DNA from: an uncultured delta proteobacterium
GTDB lineage: Bacteria > Myxococcota > Kuafuiibacteriia > Kuafuiibacteriales > Kuafuiibacteriaceae
Reading direction: 5' to 3'
Length of the DNA: 64,000 nt
NCBI GenBank assembly: GCA_963803435.1
Contig: CAWDML010000007.1
Location: 64,001-128,000 of the forward strand
Position 1 is the first letter of the stretch, and each line of letters opens with the position of its first letter. Made by a program: the position numbers and the translations under genes. Positions 1 through 9,325 of this stretch are shown one piece after another. The notes below the pieces were generated by a model. The model saw only the letters and a list, made by a program, of their open reading frames with translations. It made no database searches and was not told the DNA's origin.

Positions 1-803
1 TCGAGCGTCTGCCGCAGCGACTTCACGCTCTCCTTCAGCTCGTCCTCGTCCTGCCCCGCGATGATCTTCTGCAGGTTCTCGGCGGTGATGCGGAGCGACG
101 CCGCGATCGCACGCGCGTCCTTGGTGATGGCGGTGATGTCGTTCTCCTTGCCGCGCGAGATCTGAGACAGGTCCTTGGTGAACGACTCGATGTTCGCGAG
201 GATGCGATCGAGCTTCTGCGTGTTGTCGCCGATGTCCTGCGAAACCACCTCGAGGACGGTGCGTGCCGCAGCCGCCGAGCCCTGCACGTCGCGGACGATC
301 TGCTCCAACGGTGCCGGCTCCTCGGGCGTTCCTGCGATCATCTTCTTCAGCGCCTGGGACATCTCGCGGACCTCGGCGATCACCGCGTCGACGCTCGAGA
401 GCGAGATGACGTTCTTGATCTGATCGCCGTCCTTCAGCCGCCGCCGGGAAGAACTCCCGGGCCCCACCGCCAGCTTGTAGTCGCCGAGCAGCGAGATCGA
501 CACCTTCTCGATCTTCGCGTCCTCGTAGAGGGCCACGTCTCCGTTGATCTCGAGCGTGACCTTGGCCTTGCCCTCGGAGAGCTCGACGTCCTTGATCCTC
601 CCGATGTCGATGCCGGCGACCTGGACCGGCGACTTCTTCTCGAGGCCGAGGACGTCGTCGAACAGCGCCCACACCTCGTAGCTCCCGGCGCTCGAGATCC
701 CCTGGGTGGACACGATCTGGAGGAAGACCATGAAGGCGGCGAACGCGCCCGACACCAAGAGGCCCACCTTGAGCGGGGTGACGACCTTACTCTTCTGCGC
801 CAT
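1..803 (-). CDS. mlaD: MlaD/MCE-family protein (3' end runs off the window)
   Basis: Manual translation from ATG at 803: MAQKSKVVTPLKVGLLV(TM)...ALFDDVLGLEKKSPVQVAGIDIGRIKDVEL, the MCE signature; abuts the stop of the ABC ATPase. Confidence 0.85.
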   Translation of the reverse strand, partial: MAQKSKVVTPLKVGLLVSGAFAAFMVFLQIVSTQGISSAGSYEVWALFDDVLGLEKKSPVQVAGIDIGRIKDVELSEGKAKVTLEINGDVALYEDAKIEKVSISLLGDYKLAVGPGSSSRRRLKDGDQIKNVISLSSVDAVIAEVREMSQALKKMIAGTPEEPAPLEQIVRDVQGSAAAARTVLEVVSQDIGDNTQKLDRILANIESFTKDLSQISRGKENDITAITKDARAIAASLRITAENLQKIIAGQDEDELKESVKSLRQTL

Positions 804-1556
804 TCAGTTCTTCCTGAACCAGGTCCCCAGGAACTGCTGGACGAAGTCGTGGTCGGACTCTTTGACCGTCGACGGCGGACCGTACGCGACGATCTCTCCC
901 TCGTACAGGAAGGCGATGTAGTCGGCGATGTTGAAGGTCGACGCGATGTCGTGGCTGATGACGACGCTGGTGACCGAGAGCTTCTCCTTGGCGCGCTTGA
1001 TCATCTCGTCCACGTAGTCGGTCGTGATCGGATCGAGGCCGGTGGTCGGCTCGTCGTAGAGCACGATCTTCGGATCGAGGATGATGGCGCGGGCCAGGCC
1101 GACGCGCTTCCTCATGCCGCCGGAGAGGTCGGACGGAAACTTCTCTTCGATGCCCTCCAGGCCGAACAGCGCCAGCTTCTCGGCGACCAGCTTCTCGATC
1201 TCCGGCTCGGTCAGCTCCTTCCGGTGCTCCCTGAGCGGGAAGGCCACGTTCTCCAGCACGGTCATCGAGTCGAACAGCGCCGCCCATTGGAACACCATGC
1301 CGAACTTGGAGCGGACCTTGTTCATCTCGGCGCCGCCGAGGGACGTGATGTCCTGGCCGTCGACGATCACCTTGCCCTCGTCGGGGGCCAAGAGCCCGAT
1401 CAGGTGCTTCATCAGCACGCTCTTGCCGCTCCCCGACCCACCCAGGATGACCGTGGTGGTACCGACCGGAAACTCGAGCGTGATCCCGCGGAGCACATGA
1501 TTGTCGCCGAAGCTCTTGTGGAGCTGCTCGGTCCGGATGATGGGCGCCTCGCTCAT
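804..1556 (-). CDS. mlaF: ABC transporter ATP-binding protein, MlaF/Ttg2A
   Basis: C-terminal part of ORF 804..2246 from MSEAPIIRTEQ; Walker A GGSGSGKS, LSGGMRKR signature, Walker B LYDEPTTGLDP. Confidence 0.9.
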   Translation of the reverse strand: MSEAPIIRTEQLHKSFGDNHVLRGITLEFPVGTTTVILGGSGSGKSVLMKHLIGLLAPDEGKVIVDGQDITSLGGAEMNKVRSKFGMVFQWAALFDSMTVLENVAFPLREHRKELTEPEIEKLVAEKLALFGLEGIEEKFPSDLSGGMRKRVGLARAIILDPKIVLYDEPTTGLDPITTDYVDEMIKRAKEKLSVTSVVISHDIASTFNIADYIAFLYEGEIVAYGPPSTVKESDHDFVQQFLGTWFRKN

Positions 1557-2392
1557 CAATCCACCACCAGGAGCAAAAGGCTCGTGAGGATGTAGTCCAA
1601 CACCAGGATCGTCACGGAGCTGCTCACGACGGTTCGCGTCGCCGCCAGCCCCACGCCGCGTGAGCCCCCGCTCGCGTTCATCCCCTTCTGACAGGCGATC
1701 AGCGCCATTGCGAAGCCAAAGATGGCCGACTTGAAGAGCCCGCCGGCGAGATCGCTGAAGTCGACGATCTGATGGATCCGGCCCATGAACGTGCCCTGAT
1801 TGATGTTCGCCTGGAACACGGAGATCACGAATGCGCCCAGAAAACCCACCATGTTGAACAGCATGGTGAGCAGCGGCATCACGAGCGTCATCGCGACCAC
1901 GCGCGGCACCACCAGGTACTGGATCGGCGAGACCGCCATCGTGGAGAGCGCATCGATCTGCTCGGTGACGCGCATCGTCCCGATCTCGGTGGCGATGGCC
2001 GAGCCCGCACGCCCCGTCACCATCAAGGCCGTCAGCACCGGCGCGAGCTCCCGGCAGAGCGAGATCACCACGGTGGCCCCGACCAGGGACTCGGCGTTGA
2101 ACTTGGCGAACGCGAACGAGGACTGCAGCGCGAACACCAACCCGGCGAAGAGGCCGGTCAGGAGGACGATGAACAGCGACCCCACGCCGATGAACTCGCA
2201 CTGTTGCAGGATCAGCGTGGCGCGGAGCGGTGGCTTGAAGAGCCACTTCATCGCGTCGAACGACAGCATCGCGGTCTCACCGATCTCGGTGAAGGCGTCG
2301 ATGATCGCCTGGCCGATCGACTCGAACGGCGCGCGCGCGAGCTCATCGAGGGCCGACGGCGCCTTCTGCTCTTCGGCGGGACTCGCGCCCAC
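1556..2392 (-). CDS. mlaE: MlaE-family ABC permease
   Basis: RELAPVLTALMVTGRAGSAIATEIGTMRVTEQIDAL motif; TGATG coupling to mlaF. Confidence 0.9.
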   Translation of the reverse strand: MGASPAEEQKAPSALDELARAPFESIGQAIIDAFTEIGETAMLSFDAMKWLFKPPLRATLILQQCEFIGVGSLFIVLLTGLFAGLVFALQSSFAFAKFNAESLVGATVVISLCRELAPVLTALMVTGRAGSAIATEIGTMRVTEQIDALSTMAVSPIQYLVVPRVVAMTLVMPLLTMLFNMVGFLGAFVISVFQANINQGTFMGRIHQIVDFSDLAGGLFKSAIFGFAMALIACQKGMNASGGSRGVGLAATRTVVSSSVTILVLDYILTSLLLLVVD

Positions 2393-2510
2393 AGGGGCAG
2401 GCTATCCAGCGGCCGGCGAACGATCCAATTCCCGTGCCGATGACGGTCATCACAGGCCTTTTCTGCGCGGCGAGCCCTGGTAACCCCGACGGGCGCCTCC
2501 GGAGCCCGGC

Positions 2511-4118
2511 ATGTACGATGCGGCGGGATCGATGGCGTCGGACAAGAGCGATCGGATCATCGGGATCGATCTGGGAATGACCTCGGTGATCGCGGCGTAC
2601 GTGCCGGGTCCAGGACAGCCTCCCAAGGTCATTCCGGCGGAGAAGGGCCTCCCCACGCTGGCTTCGGTCGTCGCCTTCAAGGAGGGCGGACGGCCGGTGG
2701 TCGGGCGCGCCGCCCACGACATGCTGACCACCGCGCCCAGCCAGACGGTCACCGGGATCAAGCGGCTTTTGGGCCGAAAGGCCAAGTCGCAGGCGGTCAA
2801 GGACCTGGCGGCGCGGGTCGGCTTCAAGATCGTCGACGGCAAGAACGGTGAGGCGGCGGTCCAGATCCACGATCGCGACATCCGCGTCCCCGAGGTGGCC
2901 GGCATCCTGCTGGATCAGGTGCGTCGCTTCTCGGAGAAACATCTGAACGAGCAGGTCCGGCACGCGGTGATCGCGGTGCCCGCCTACTTCAACGACGTCC
3001 AGAAGGCGGCGGTGAAGGAGGCCGGCGAGCTCGCCGGGCTCAAGGTGCGCAAGCTGGTCCACGAGCCCACCGCCGTCGCCCTCGCCTATGGCTACAACAA
3101 GGGCGGCGACGCCCGCATCGTCATCGTCGACGTGGGTGGGATCCGGCTCGACGTCTCGGTCATGGAGATCGCAGGCAACGTGTTCGACGTGGTCGCGACC
3201 GGCGGCGATCCATACCTCGGCGGCAGCAACGTCGACGCGCGCGTGGCCGAGTGGATCCTCCACAACATCAAGAAGAAGCACGGCCGCGATCTGGCTGCGG
3301 AGCCCCGGCTCCTCCAGAAGGTCCGGACCGCCGCCGAGCAGGCCAAGCGCGAGCTGTCCCGCTGCAAGGCGGTCGACCTCCAGATCCCTCTGACCGTCGG
3401 CACCAAGGACAAGAAGGCCAAGCTCGGCCTGCTGCGGCTGCACCTCTCCACCGTGGAGGAGCTGGGTGAGGACATCGTCAAGCGCGTCCTCGAGACCATC
3501 AAGCGCACGCTCGCCGACCGCGGCCTCAAGGTCTCCGACATCGACGACGTCATCCTCGTCGGCGGCGCCACCCGCATGCCGATGCTGCGCCGCCGCGTCG
3601 AGTCGATGTTCAACAAGGAGGCCCGCTTCAACCTCCCCCCCGAGGAAGTCGTGTCGCTCGGCGCCGCGCTCCTCGCCGACAGCCTCCGCCGCGACAAGAC
3701 CTCCTCGGTCGACGTGGCCAAGGAGCCGATCGGCATCGCGCTCGCAGACGGCCGCTACATGCGGATCATCGACAAGGACAGCAAGCTGCCGATCACGCGC
3801 CGCGTGATGATCCCGACGGTCCGCGACAACCAGCGGACGCTCGAGCTCGACATCTTCGAGGGCGACTCAGAGGACATCATCGACACCGAGTATCTGGGCA
3901 CGATCGTCTACGGCCAGGTCGAGGAGGCGAAGGCCGGCGAAGCCAAGGTCGTCGTCGACATGTCGCTCGATCCGGATCGCCTGCTCAAGATCTCCTCCCC
4001 CGAGCCCGGCCGCGAGGGCGAGGCGTTCGAGTTCAAGACCAAGGGGCACAAGGCGCGGAAGAAGGGGAAAAAGCTGAAGCCGTTCTTCACCGAAGCGAAG
4101 GAAGTGAACCGCGCCTGA
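2511..4118 (+). CDS. Hsp70/DnaK-family protein, atypical (degenerate phosphate loops, no lid)
   Basis: GIDLG, IAVPAYFNDVQK, HEPTAVALAYG, ILVGGATRMP, TVRDNQ motifs. Confidence 0.85.
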   Translation: MYDAAGSMASDKSDRIIGIDLGMTSVIAAYVPGPGQPPKVIPAEKGLPTLASVVAFKEGGRPVVGRAAHDMLTTAPSQTVTGIKRLLGRKAKSQAVKDLAARVGFKIVDGKNGEAAVQIHDRDIRVPEVAGILLDQVRRFSEKHLNEQVRHAVIAVPAYFNDVQKAAVKEAGELAGLKVRKLVHEPTAVALAYGYNKGGDARIVIVDVGGIRLDVSVMEIAGNVFDVVATGGDPYLGGSNVDARVAEWILHNIKKKHGRDLAAEPRLLQKVRTAAEQAKRELSRCKAVDLQIPLTVGTKDKKAKLGLLRLHLSTVEELGEDIVKRVLETIKRTLADRGLKVSDIDDVILVGGATRMPMLRRRVESMFNKEARFNLPPEEVVSLGAALLADSLRRDKTSSVDVAKEPIGIALADGRYMRIIDKDSKLPITRRVMIPTVRDNQRTLELDIFEGDSEDIIDTEYLGTIVYGQVEEAKAGEAKVVVDMSLDPDRLLKISSPEPGREGEAFEFKTKGHKARKKGKKLKPFFTEAKEVNRA

Positions 4119-4183
4119 CGAGGTGTCCGCTGCGAAGCTCGAGCTCGGCAACGCACACATCCGCGACCCGCTACCACGGGCCC

Positions 4184-4211
4184 GGGACAGACCGGGACCG
4201 GGTCTGATCCC
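4184..4211. terminator. Possible intrinsic terminator hairpin after the Hsp70 gene
   Basis: GGGACAGACC-loop-GGTCTGATCCC stem followed by TTAAA; weak U-tract. Confidence 0.3.
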
Positions 4212-4220
4212 TTAAACTAA

Positions 4221-4284
4221 GAGCCGGTCCAGAAACCGTTCCGTTCGCAGTTTGCTGTTTCGTCGTTCTGTCATTCGCTGTTCG
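4221..4284 (+). repeat. Left long inverted repeat containing 7-8 nt subrepeats
   Basis: gagccggtccagaaacc...gtttgctgtttcgtcgttctgtcattcgctgttcg matches the reverse complement of 5485-5553 (gagccggtccgaaaacc...gtttcctgtttcgctcgttctgctcattcgctattca). Confidence 0.85.
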
Positions 4285-4292
4285 ATCCGGCG

Positions 4293-4650
4293 ATGAAGGG
4301 CGATGACATGCAGAACGACTGCTCAAGTTTGCGAAGCGTGTACTTCGGCTTTGCCGCGAGTTCCCAACGACTTTGCCGGCAAGCACGTTGTCCGACAGCT
4401 GATCCGGTGTTCATCCGGAGGTGGTGCGAATGACGAGGAAGCGCGTGGCGGCGAGAGCCTTGCCGACTTCATCCACAAGATGGCGGTCGCTCGCAAGGAG
4501 ATCCGCGAGTCGCTGTACTGGTTGCCTCTTGCCGATCCGGAGCTGATGCAGGGAGCGGAGATCGCTTCGCTGATCCGAGAGGCCAACGAACTCTCCGCGA
4601 TTCTGACGAGCTCCATCAAGACGGCGAAGGCTCGATCAGGGAAGTCATCG
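4293..4650 (+). pseudogene. Four-helix-bundle protein (23S rRNA IVP / TIGR02436-like), frameshifted
   Basis: Reconstruction needs two single-base corrections: MKGDD-AERLLKFAKRVLRLCRE-PNDFAGKHVVRQLIRCSSGGGANDEEARGGESLADFIHKMAVARKEIRESLYWL...LIREANELSAILTSSIKTAK; 3' end approximate. Confidence 0.75.
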
Positions 4651-5437
4651 AGCCTGCTGGAACGCGATGATCGCGCACGCAAGATGAACCAGCCCGAGAT
4701 ACCGCGATCCCGTTCGTTCCCACCGCACGAGTCATGCGCGGAACTGGTTGTGCCAAGCGTTCGTGCGCTCGACAACCCAGCGCCGCGGCTTACCGCGGAC
4801 ACAGCCAGCGAGTGCAGGCTCGCCGCGGCGGCGGATAGGCGGTTTGATCCGGCGCGCTCGAATGGCGGCCTCGACATCCGCGTAGTCGTAGCCTTTATCC
4901 AGGCAGAGGTGCTCCGGCCGTCGTGGACCGCGGGAGCCCCGTAGGACGACGCCGTCGAGCGTCTGCTCCACAAGCCACTTGTCGTGCACGTTCGCGCCTG
5001 AGAGCTCGACCGCCAACGGAACACCACGACCATCCGTGAGCACGTGACGCTTCACGCCTCGCTTGGCTCGATCCGTCGGGTTCGGACCGGTCAGGTCCCC
5101 CCTTTTGGAGCCTTGACGATCGCGCTGTCGAGTGAAGTCCACTTCCACTGTATGCCGCGCCTCCTGTCGTAGTACCGCAGCAGCTCAGCGAAGATCGCGG
5201 TGAAGATCCCTGCTGCGCACCATGCCGCGAATCGACTGTGGCACGTCGAACCGGAGCTGAACTCGCGCGGCAGGGCCTTCCACTGGCACCCTGTCCGAAG
5301 GCGATAGACGATACCTGCCATCACGACGCGATCCGCAACCCGCGGGCGACCTCCCCGCGGCCTTGGACCTCGCTTCGGGAGTCACGGCTCAATGCGTTTC
5401 CAAAGGCGTCCGGAAGACTTGCGAATCTTGCCTGCAT
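4645..5437 (-). pseudogene. IS5-family transposase (split orfA/orfB), inactivated
   Basis: orfA YRLRTGCQWKALP...SGSTCHSRF...TSLDSAIVKAPKGG; slippery AAAAGGGGGG at ~5097-5106; orfB GPNPTDRAKRGVKRHVLTDGRGVP...CLDKGYD...RWVVERTNAW; premature TGA at 4732 and ~5382 plus a frameshift near 5403. Confidence 0.85.
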
Positions 5438-5484
5438 CGACTCTGCAGAACACTCGATCGAGCACGATGCAACAACGGCCGCTT

Positions 5485-5553
5485 TGAATAGCGAATGAGC
5501 AGAACGAGCGAAACAGGAAACGCGGAACGGTCCGGAGGTTTTCGGACCGGCTC
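5485..5553 (-). repeat. Right long inverted repeat, with internal hairpin CGGTCCG..CGGACCG at 5528-5549
   Basis: Direct comparison with the left repeat. Confidence 0.85.
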
Positions 5554-5557
5554 TAAA

Positions 5558-6253
5558 CTAAGGATTGTTCTGCGCGTTGGCGACTTCGCCGGCGAACTTG
5601 CGTGAGAGGAGGATCTCCCGCCCGCGCATCTCGACGAAGCCGCGCTTCTGGAACTCGCTCAACACGCGGCTCACGGTCTCGCGGCTGGTACCGATCATCG
5701 ATGCGATGTCCTGCTGCGTCGGACGCTCGCGGATGAGGATGCCCTCCTCCACCTCCTCGCCGTCTTTCTTGGCGAGGTCGATCATGATGTGCGCGACGCG
5801 GCCGTAGACGTCGAGCGTCGCCAGGTTGCCGATGATCTCGTCGGCGCGGCGCAGCCGGCGGGAGAGCTCGGCCATGACGTTGAGGGCGGTGGTGGGGCTG
5901 TTCTTGATGTGGTCCGCGAACTGGTCGCGCTTGAGGACCAGCACCTGCGAGTCTTCGTGCGCGATGACGTTGGCGGAGCGCGGCAGATCGTCGAGGAGTG
6001 CCATCTCACCAAAGAACTCGCCGGACTTCAGAAGCGTAAGGATCACCTCTCGGCCGTTGTCTCCGTACAGCACGACCTTCACGCGGCCCTTGGCGATGAT
6101 GAACATGGCGTCGCCGGGCTCGTCCTGCGTGACGATGTGGGTGTCCTTCGGGCAGTCCCGCGGAGAGAGAAGGCTGGCGACCTTTCCCAGCTCCTCGTCG
6201 GAGACGTTCTGGAACAGCGAGACCTTTTTGAGCAGCTCGACGTACGGGCTCAT
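5558..6253 (-). CDS. Crp/Fnr-family transcriptional regulator
   Basis: cNMP-binding FFGEMALLDDLPRSANV; HTH TQQDIASMIGTSRETVSRVL. Confidence 0.92.
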   Translation of the reverse strand: MSPYVELLKKVSLFQNVSDEELGKVASLLSPRDCPKDTHIVTQDEPGDAMFIIAKGRVKVVLYGDNGREVILTLLKSGEFFGEMALLDDLPRSANVIAHEDSQVLVLKRDQFADHIKNSPTTALNVMAELSRRLRRADEIIGNLATLDVYGRVAHIMIDLAKKDGEEVEEGILIRERPTQQDIASMIGTSRETVSRVLSEFQKRGFVEMRGREILLSRKFAGEVANAQNNP

Positions 6254-6306
6254 ATGCTGAGCGGGTTATCCCAACGAACGACGGTGAGGTCAATTCCGTT
6301 GCCGGA

Positions 6307-7428
6307 TCAGTCGAACAAATCGTCGAGGGCCCGCTGGAAGTCGCGCACCTTCGGCTGCGCGTCCGGCTCCTCGAGGCTTTGAAACTCCTCGATCAGGTCC
6401 TTCTGTGCCTGCGTGAGGTAGGTGGGCATCTCGACCACCACTCGGACCCGCTGATCGCCCCGGCCCCGTCCGTCGAGCGCCGGGAAGCCCTTTCCCTTGA
6501 GCCGGAACACGCGCCCCGACTGCGATCCGGGCGGGATCCGCATCCGCACCTTGCCCTCGAGCGTCGGCACCTCGATGTGCCCACCGAGGAGCGCGGTGGA
6601 CAGCGTGATCGGGACCTCCGTGACCACGTCGTCCTCTTCACGCTCGAACAGCGGGTGTGGCTTCACGTCGATGACGACGATCAGATCGCCCGCTGGCCCG
6701 CCGCCCGATCCTCGGCCGCCTTCACCGCGGATCTTGAGGCGCGTGCCGGAGCTGACGCCCGAGGGGACGCGCACGGAGATCGTCCGCTCGGAGTCCCTCC
6801 AGCCGCGACCGCCGCACTCGCGGCAGTTCTGCGGGATCAGCTTTCCCGAACCGCCGCAGCCCGGGCAGCGGGACGACACGTCGAAGAAGCCTTGCTGCTC
6901 CTTGATGGTGCCCGAGCCGCCGCACCGTTGGCAGATCGTCGGGACGGTGCCCTGCTCGGCGCCCGTCCCGCCGCAGCGCTGGCAGCGCTCCTGCTGCGGC
7001 ACCGAGATGAGCTTCTCGGTGCCGAGCGCCGCCTCCTCGAACTCGAGCTCGAGCTCGTAGCGGAAGTCGTCGCCTCGCTCCTGGTAACGACCGGACCTGC
7101 GCTGGGGCTCGGGGACCGAGTCGCCGCGCGTGCGCTCCTTGGCCTTCTTGCGGTTGGTGCCGAAGAGGTCGCCGAACAGGTCGGAAGCGTCGTCGCTGCT
7201 CTTGATCCCCCTGCTCCGGCTCTCGGAGCGATCGTACTGCGCGCGAAGGTCGGAGTCGCCGAGCACACGGTACGCCTCGGCCGCTTGCTTGAACCGGTTC
7301 TCGGCGTCGGCGTTGCCGGGGTTCTTGTCGGGGTGATACTTGCGCGCGAGCGCTCGATAGGCCCGCTTGATCTCCTCCTGCGTCGCGTCCTTCGCCACGC
7401 CGAGCGCCGCGTAGAAGTCGTCGCTCAC
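6307..7428 (-). CDS. dnaJ: Chaperone DnaJ
   Basis: GTG start at 7428 (MSDDFYAALGV); J-domain KYHPDKN; four CxxCxGxG motifs; C-terminal domain; G/F-rich linker reduced. Confidence 0.88.
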   Translation of the reverse strand: MSDDFYAALGVAKDATQEEIKRAYRALARKYHPDKNPGNADAENRFKQAAEAYRVLGDSDLRAQYDRSESRSRGIKSSDDASDLFGDLFGTNRKKAKERTRGDSVPEPQRRSGRYQERGDDFRYELELEFEEAALGTEKLISVPQQERCQRCGGTGAEQGTVPTICQRCGGSGTIKEQQGFFDVSSRCPGCGGSGKLIPQNCRECGGRGWRDSERTISVRVPSGVSSGTRLKIRGEGGRGSGGGPAGDLIVVIDVKPHPLFEREEDDVVTEVPITLSTALLGGHIEVPTLEGKVRMRIPPGSQSGRVFRLKGKGFPALDGRGRGDQRVRVVVEMPTYLTQAQKDLIEEFQSLEEPDAQPKVRDFQRALDDLFD

Positions 7429-8168
7429 GCGGTTTCCTCCCCTGCGGGCTCGGTCAGCGTCATCGGCACAGAGGACATCTCGGGAAAGGGCAAGCTGTCT
7501 TGCGCGAGGATGAGCTCGGCCGCGCGCACGCTCATGGCATACCACGCAGCGCGCAACCGGCGCACATCTTCGTCCGGCAGCGCGGTCAGGAGACCGGCCC
7601 GCGCCCGCCGAACGCGGACGTCGTACATCGAGATGGCGGCCGCCACCGAGATGTTGAGGCTCTCGACGAAGCCGTGCATCGGGACCAGGAACCAGTGATC
7701 TGCTCCGTCGATCGCCGCCTGAGAGAGGCCCCCGTGCTCGTTGCCGAAGACCAGCGCGACCTTGCGATCGGCTGGGATTCGATCGACCGGCTCGCCGGCA
7801 GCGTGGAAGTGCGAGGCCCAGATCGCGTAGCCGCGGCGACGGAGGTGCGCGTAGGCGGCCGCGATCGACGCGTGCGCCCGGAGGTCGAGCCACTTGTGGG
7901 CCCCCAGCGATACGCGATCCGAGACGGTCAGCCGGGCCTTGTCCGCGACCACGTGGATCTCGAGGATCCCGAGCGCCTCCGCGGTGCGCATGACCGCCGA
8001 GCTGTTGTGCTCGTGGAAGATGTCCTCGAGGACCAGGATCAGGTCGCGGGTCCGCGACGCCAGGGCGCCCTCGATCCGCTCACGCCGCCGATCGCTGACA
8101 TACGGCGTGAGCTTGGCTACGATCCGATCGGCGGCATCGACCGTGAGATCCTCCAGCTTCGACTTCAT
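7425..8168 (-). CDS. TrmH/SpoU-family RNA 2'-O-methyltransferase
   Basis: From MKSKLEDL; LVLEDIFHEHNSSAVMRTAE, VFGNEHGGLS, PMHGFVESLNISVA. Confidence 0.88.
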   Translation of the reverse strand: MKSKLEDLTVDAADRIVAKLTPYVSDRRRERIEGALASRTRDLILVLEDIFHEHNSSAVMRTAEALGILEIHVVADKARLTVSDRVSLGAHKWLDLRAHASIAAAYAHLRRRGYAIWASHFHAAGEPVDRIPADRKVALVFGNEHGGLSQAAIDGADHWFLVPMHGFVESLNISVAAAISMYDVRVRRARAGLLTALPDEDVRRLRAAWYAMSVRAAELILAQDSLPFPEMSSVPMTLTEPAGEETA

Positions 8169-8644
8169 CCGGCGAAGAGCATCACCCTGAACGTGGCGAT
8201 GAAGAGCACGATCAGATAGAGCGCGAGGCCGACCGAGTCGAGCATCTTTCCCTTGGCGATCAGCGGCAGGAGCTCCGCCTCTGGCTCCTTCGCCTCGCGG
8301 CCCCTGAGCAATCGCTTCACGTTGAACATGCGGAGGTGCGCGACCACCAGCGCCCCCATGACGAAGGCAATCTTGACGTGAAGCCAGGGCCCGGCTCCGC
8401 TCGTCTCCGGGTCGAGGACCGCGGGATTGGCGACCACCAGGAGAATACCGCCCAGGATGGCGACGAAGCCCCCAGGGATCTCGATCTTGCTCACCGCGTC
8501 GGAGACCGCCTCCGCGTGGCCCCGCCGGAAGAGGAGCCAGCCGGCCCCGGCGGCGCCGATGGCCATTCCGAGGCCCAGGAAGTGGATGAAACGACCGGTC
8601 CAGATGAGCTGGGGTAGGACTCCAAGCGACATGGCCGGCGCCAC
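8165..8644 (-). CDS. Small 4-TM membrane protein (DUF2269/CopD-like)
   Basis: Four hydrophobic segments, FIHFLG and PWLHVKI motifs; 4-bp overlap with trmH. Confidence 0.6.
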   Translation of the reverse strand: MAPAMSLGVLPQLIWTGRFIHFLGLGMAIGAAGAGWLLFRRGHAEAVSDAVSKIEIPGGFVAILGGILLVVANPAVLDPETSGAGPWLHVKIAFVMGALVVAHLRMFNVKRLLRGREAKEPEAELLPLIAKGKMLDSVGLALYLIVLFIATFRVMLFAG

Positions 8645-8734
8645 GATGCCGGTTCGAGGGCCGCGGGTCCAGGTCGAGGCGCACAGCCCTCACCGTCATT
8701 CGGCGGACCCCAAGTGCTAGTGTGATGAAGGACT

Positions 8735-9325
8735 ATGAAGTGTATGGGACTTCTCGCTCGTACATGCCTCCCCGCCGCCCTGGTGCTGGGTCTCGCCCTC
8801 TGCCCCGGCTGGGCGGAGGCGGCGCCGTCGAACAGCGCGGCGTGCAAGGCGAAACGTGCCAGTCGGAAGAAGGGCACCAAGCGGAGGGGACACCGGGTCG
8901 CCCCGAAGAAGCGCGCCCACCCGAAGGTGACGGCGGCGACCATCGCGAAGTGGCAGAAGCGCAAGGTTCCCCAGGATCAGATCGTGGAGAAGGCCACGGC
9001 CGCCGGCTACAAGGTCACCAAGATCGAGAAGAAGCGGCTCTTGAGGTTGAAGGTGAAGAAGCCGCTGATCGCGAAGCTCGAGGAGGCCCAGAAGGTACCC
9101 GGTGCCCTCGCCCAGGCCACACCCGCGGCGCCGAGCTTCAACCTCGAGGAGACGATCGATCCCAACGACATCGACTTCGACAGCGTGCCACCGCCGAAGG
9201 GCATGCCCGCAGGCATGGCGCAGAAACAGAAGGAAGAGGCCGCGAAGAAGCCGCTCGCTGCCGAGCCCGCCGAAAAGAGTGAGGAACCGAAGACCAAGCG
9301 GGTCGTCATTGCCGCCGGCAAGTGA
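8735..9325 (+). CDS. Secreted Lys-rich hypothetical protein
   Basis: Signal peptide ending WAEA; basic low-complexity N-terminus; coupled to queF. Confidence 0.65.
   Translation: MKCMGLLARTCLPAALVLGLALCPGWAEAAPSNSAACKAKRASRKKGTKRRGHRVAPKKRAHPKVTAATIAKWQKRKVPQDQIVEKATAAGYKVTKIEKKRLLRLKVKKPLIAKLEEAQKVPGALAQATPAAPSFNLEETIDPNDIDFDSVPPPKGMPAGMAQKQKEEAAKKPLAAEPAEKSEEPKTKRVVIAAGK

Larger units (their letters stand above)
4221..5553. mobile_element. Decayed IS5-family element with ~65-70 bp imperfect terminal inverted repeats and a four-helix-bundle passenger gene
   Basis: Ends GAGCCGGTCC(4221)...GGACCGGCTC(5553); inverted similarity extends over 4221-4284 vs 5485-5553; flanked by TAAACTAA at 4213-4220 and 5554-5561; composition differs from neighbours. 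Confidence 0.8.

Noticed and set aside
804-2246. 480-aa extended ABC ATPase
   Set aside because: The N-terminal 229 aa overlap mlaE in another frame; the true start is 1556.
4240-4285. Short periodic repeats considered as a CRISPR array or DGR element
   Set aside because: 7-8 nt units without spacers; no cas or reverse transcriptase gene and no TR/VR pair seen in the window.
4303-4944. 213-aa ORF as an intact protein
   Set aside because: Only the central part matches a four-helix bundle; the N-terminus is frameshifted and the C-terminus is antisense read-through into the transposase.
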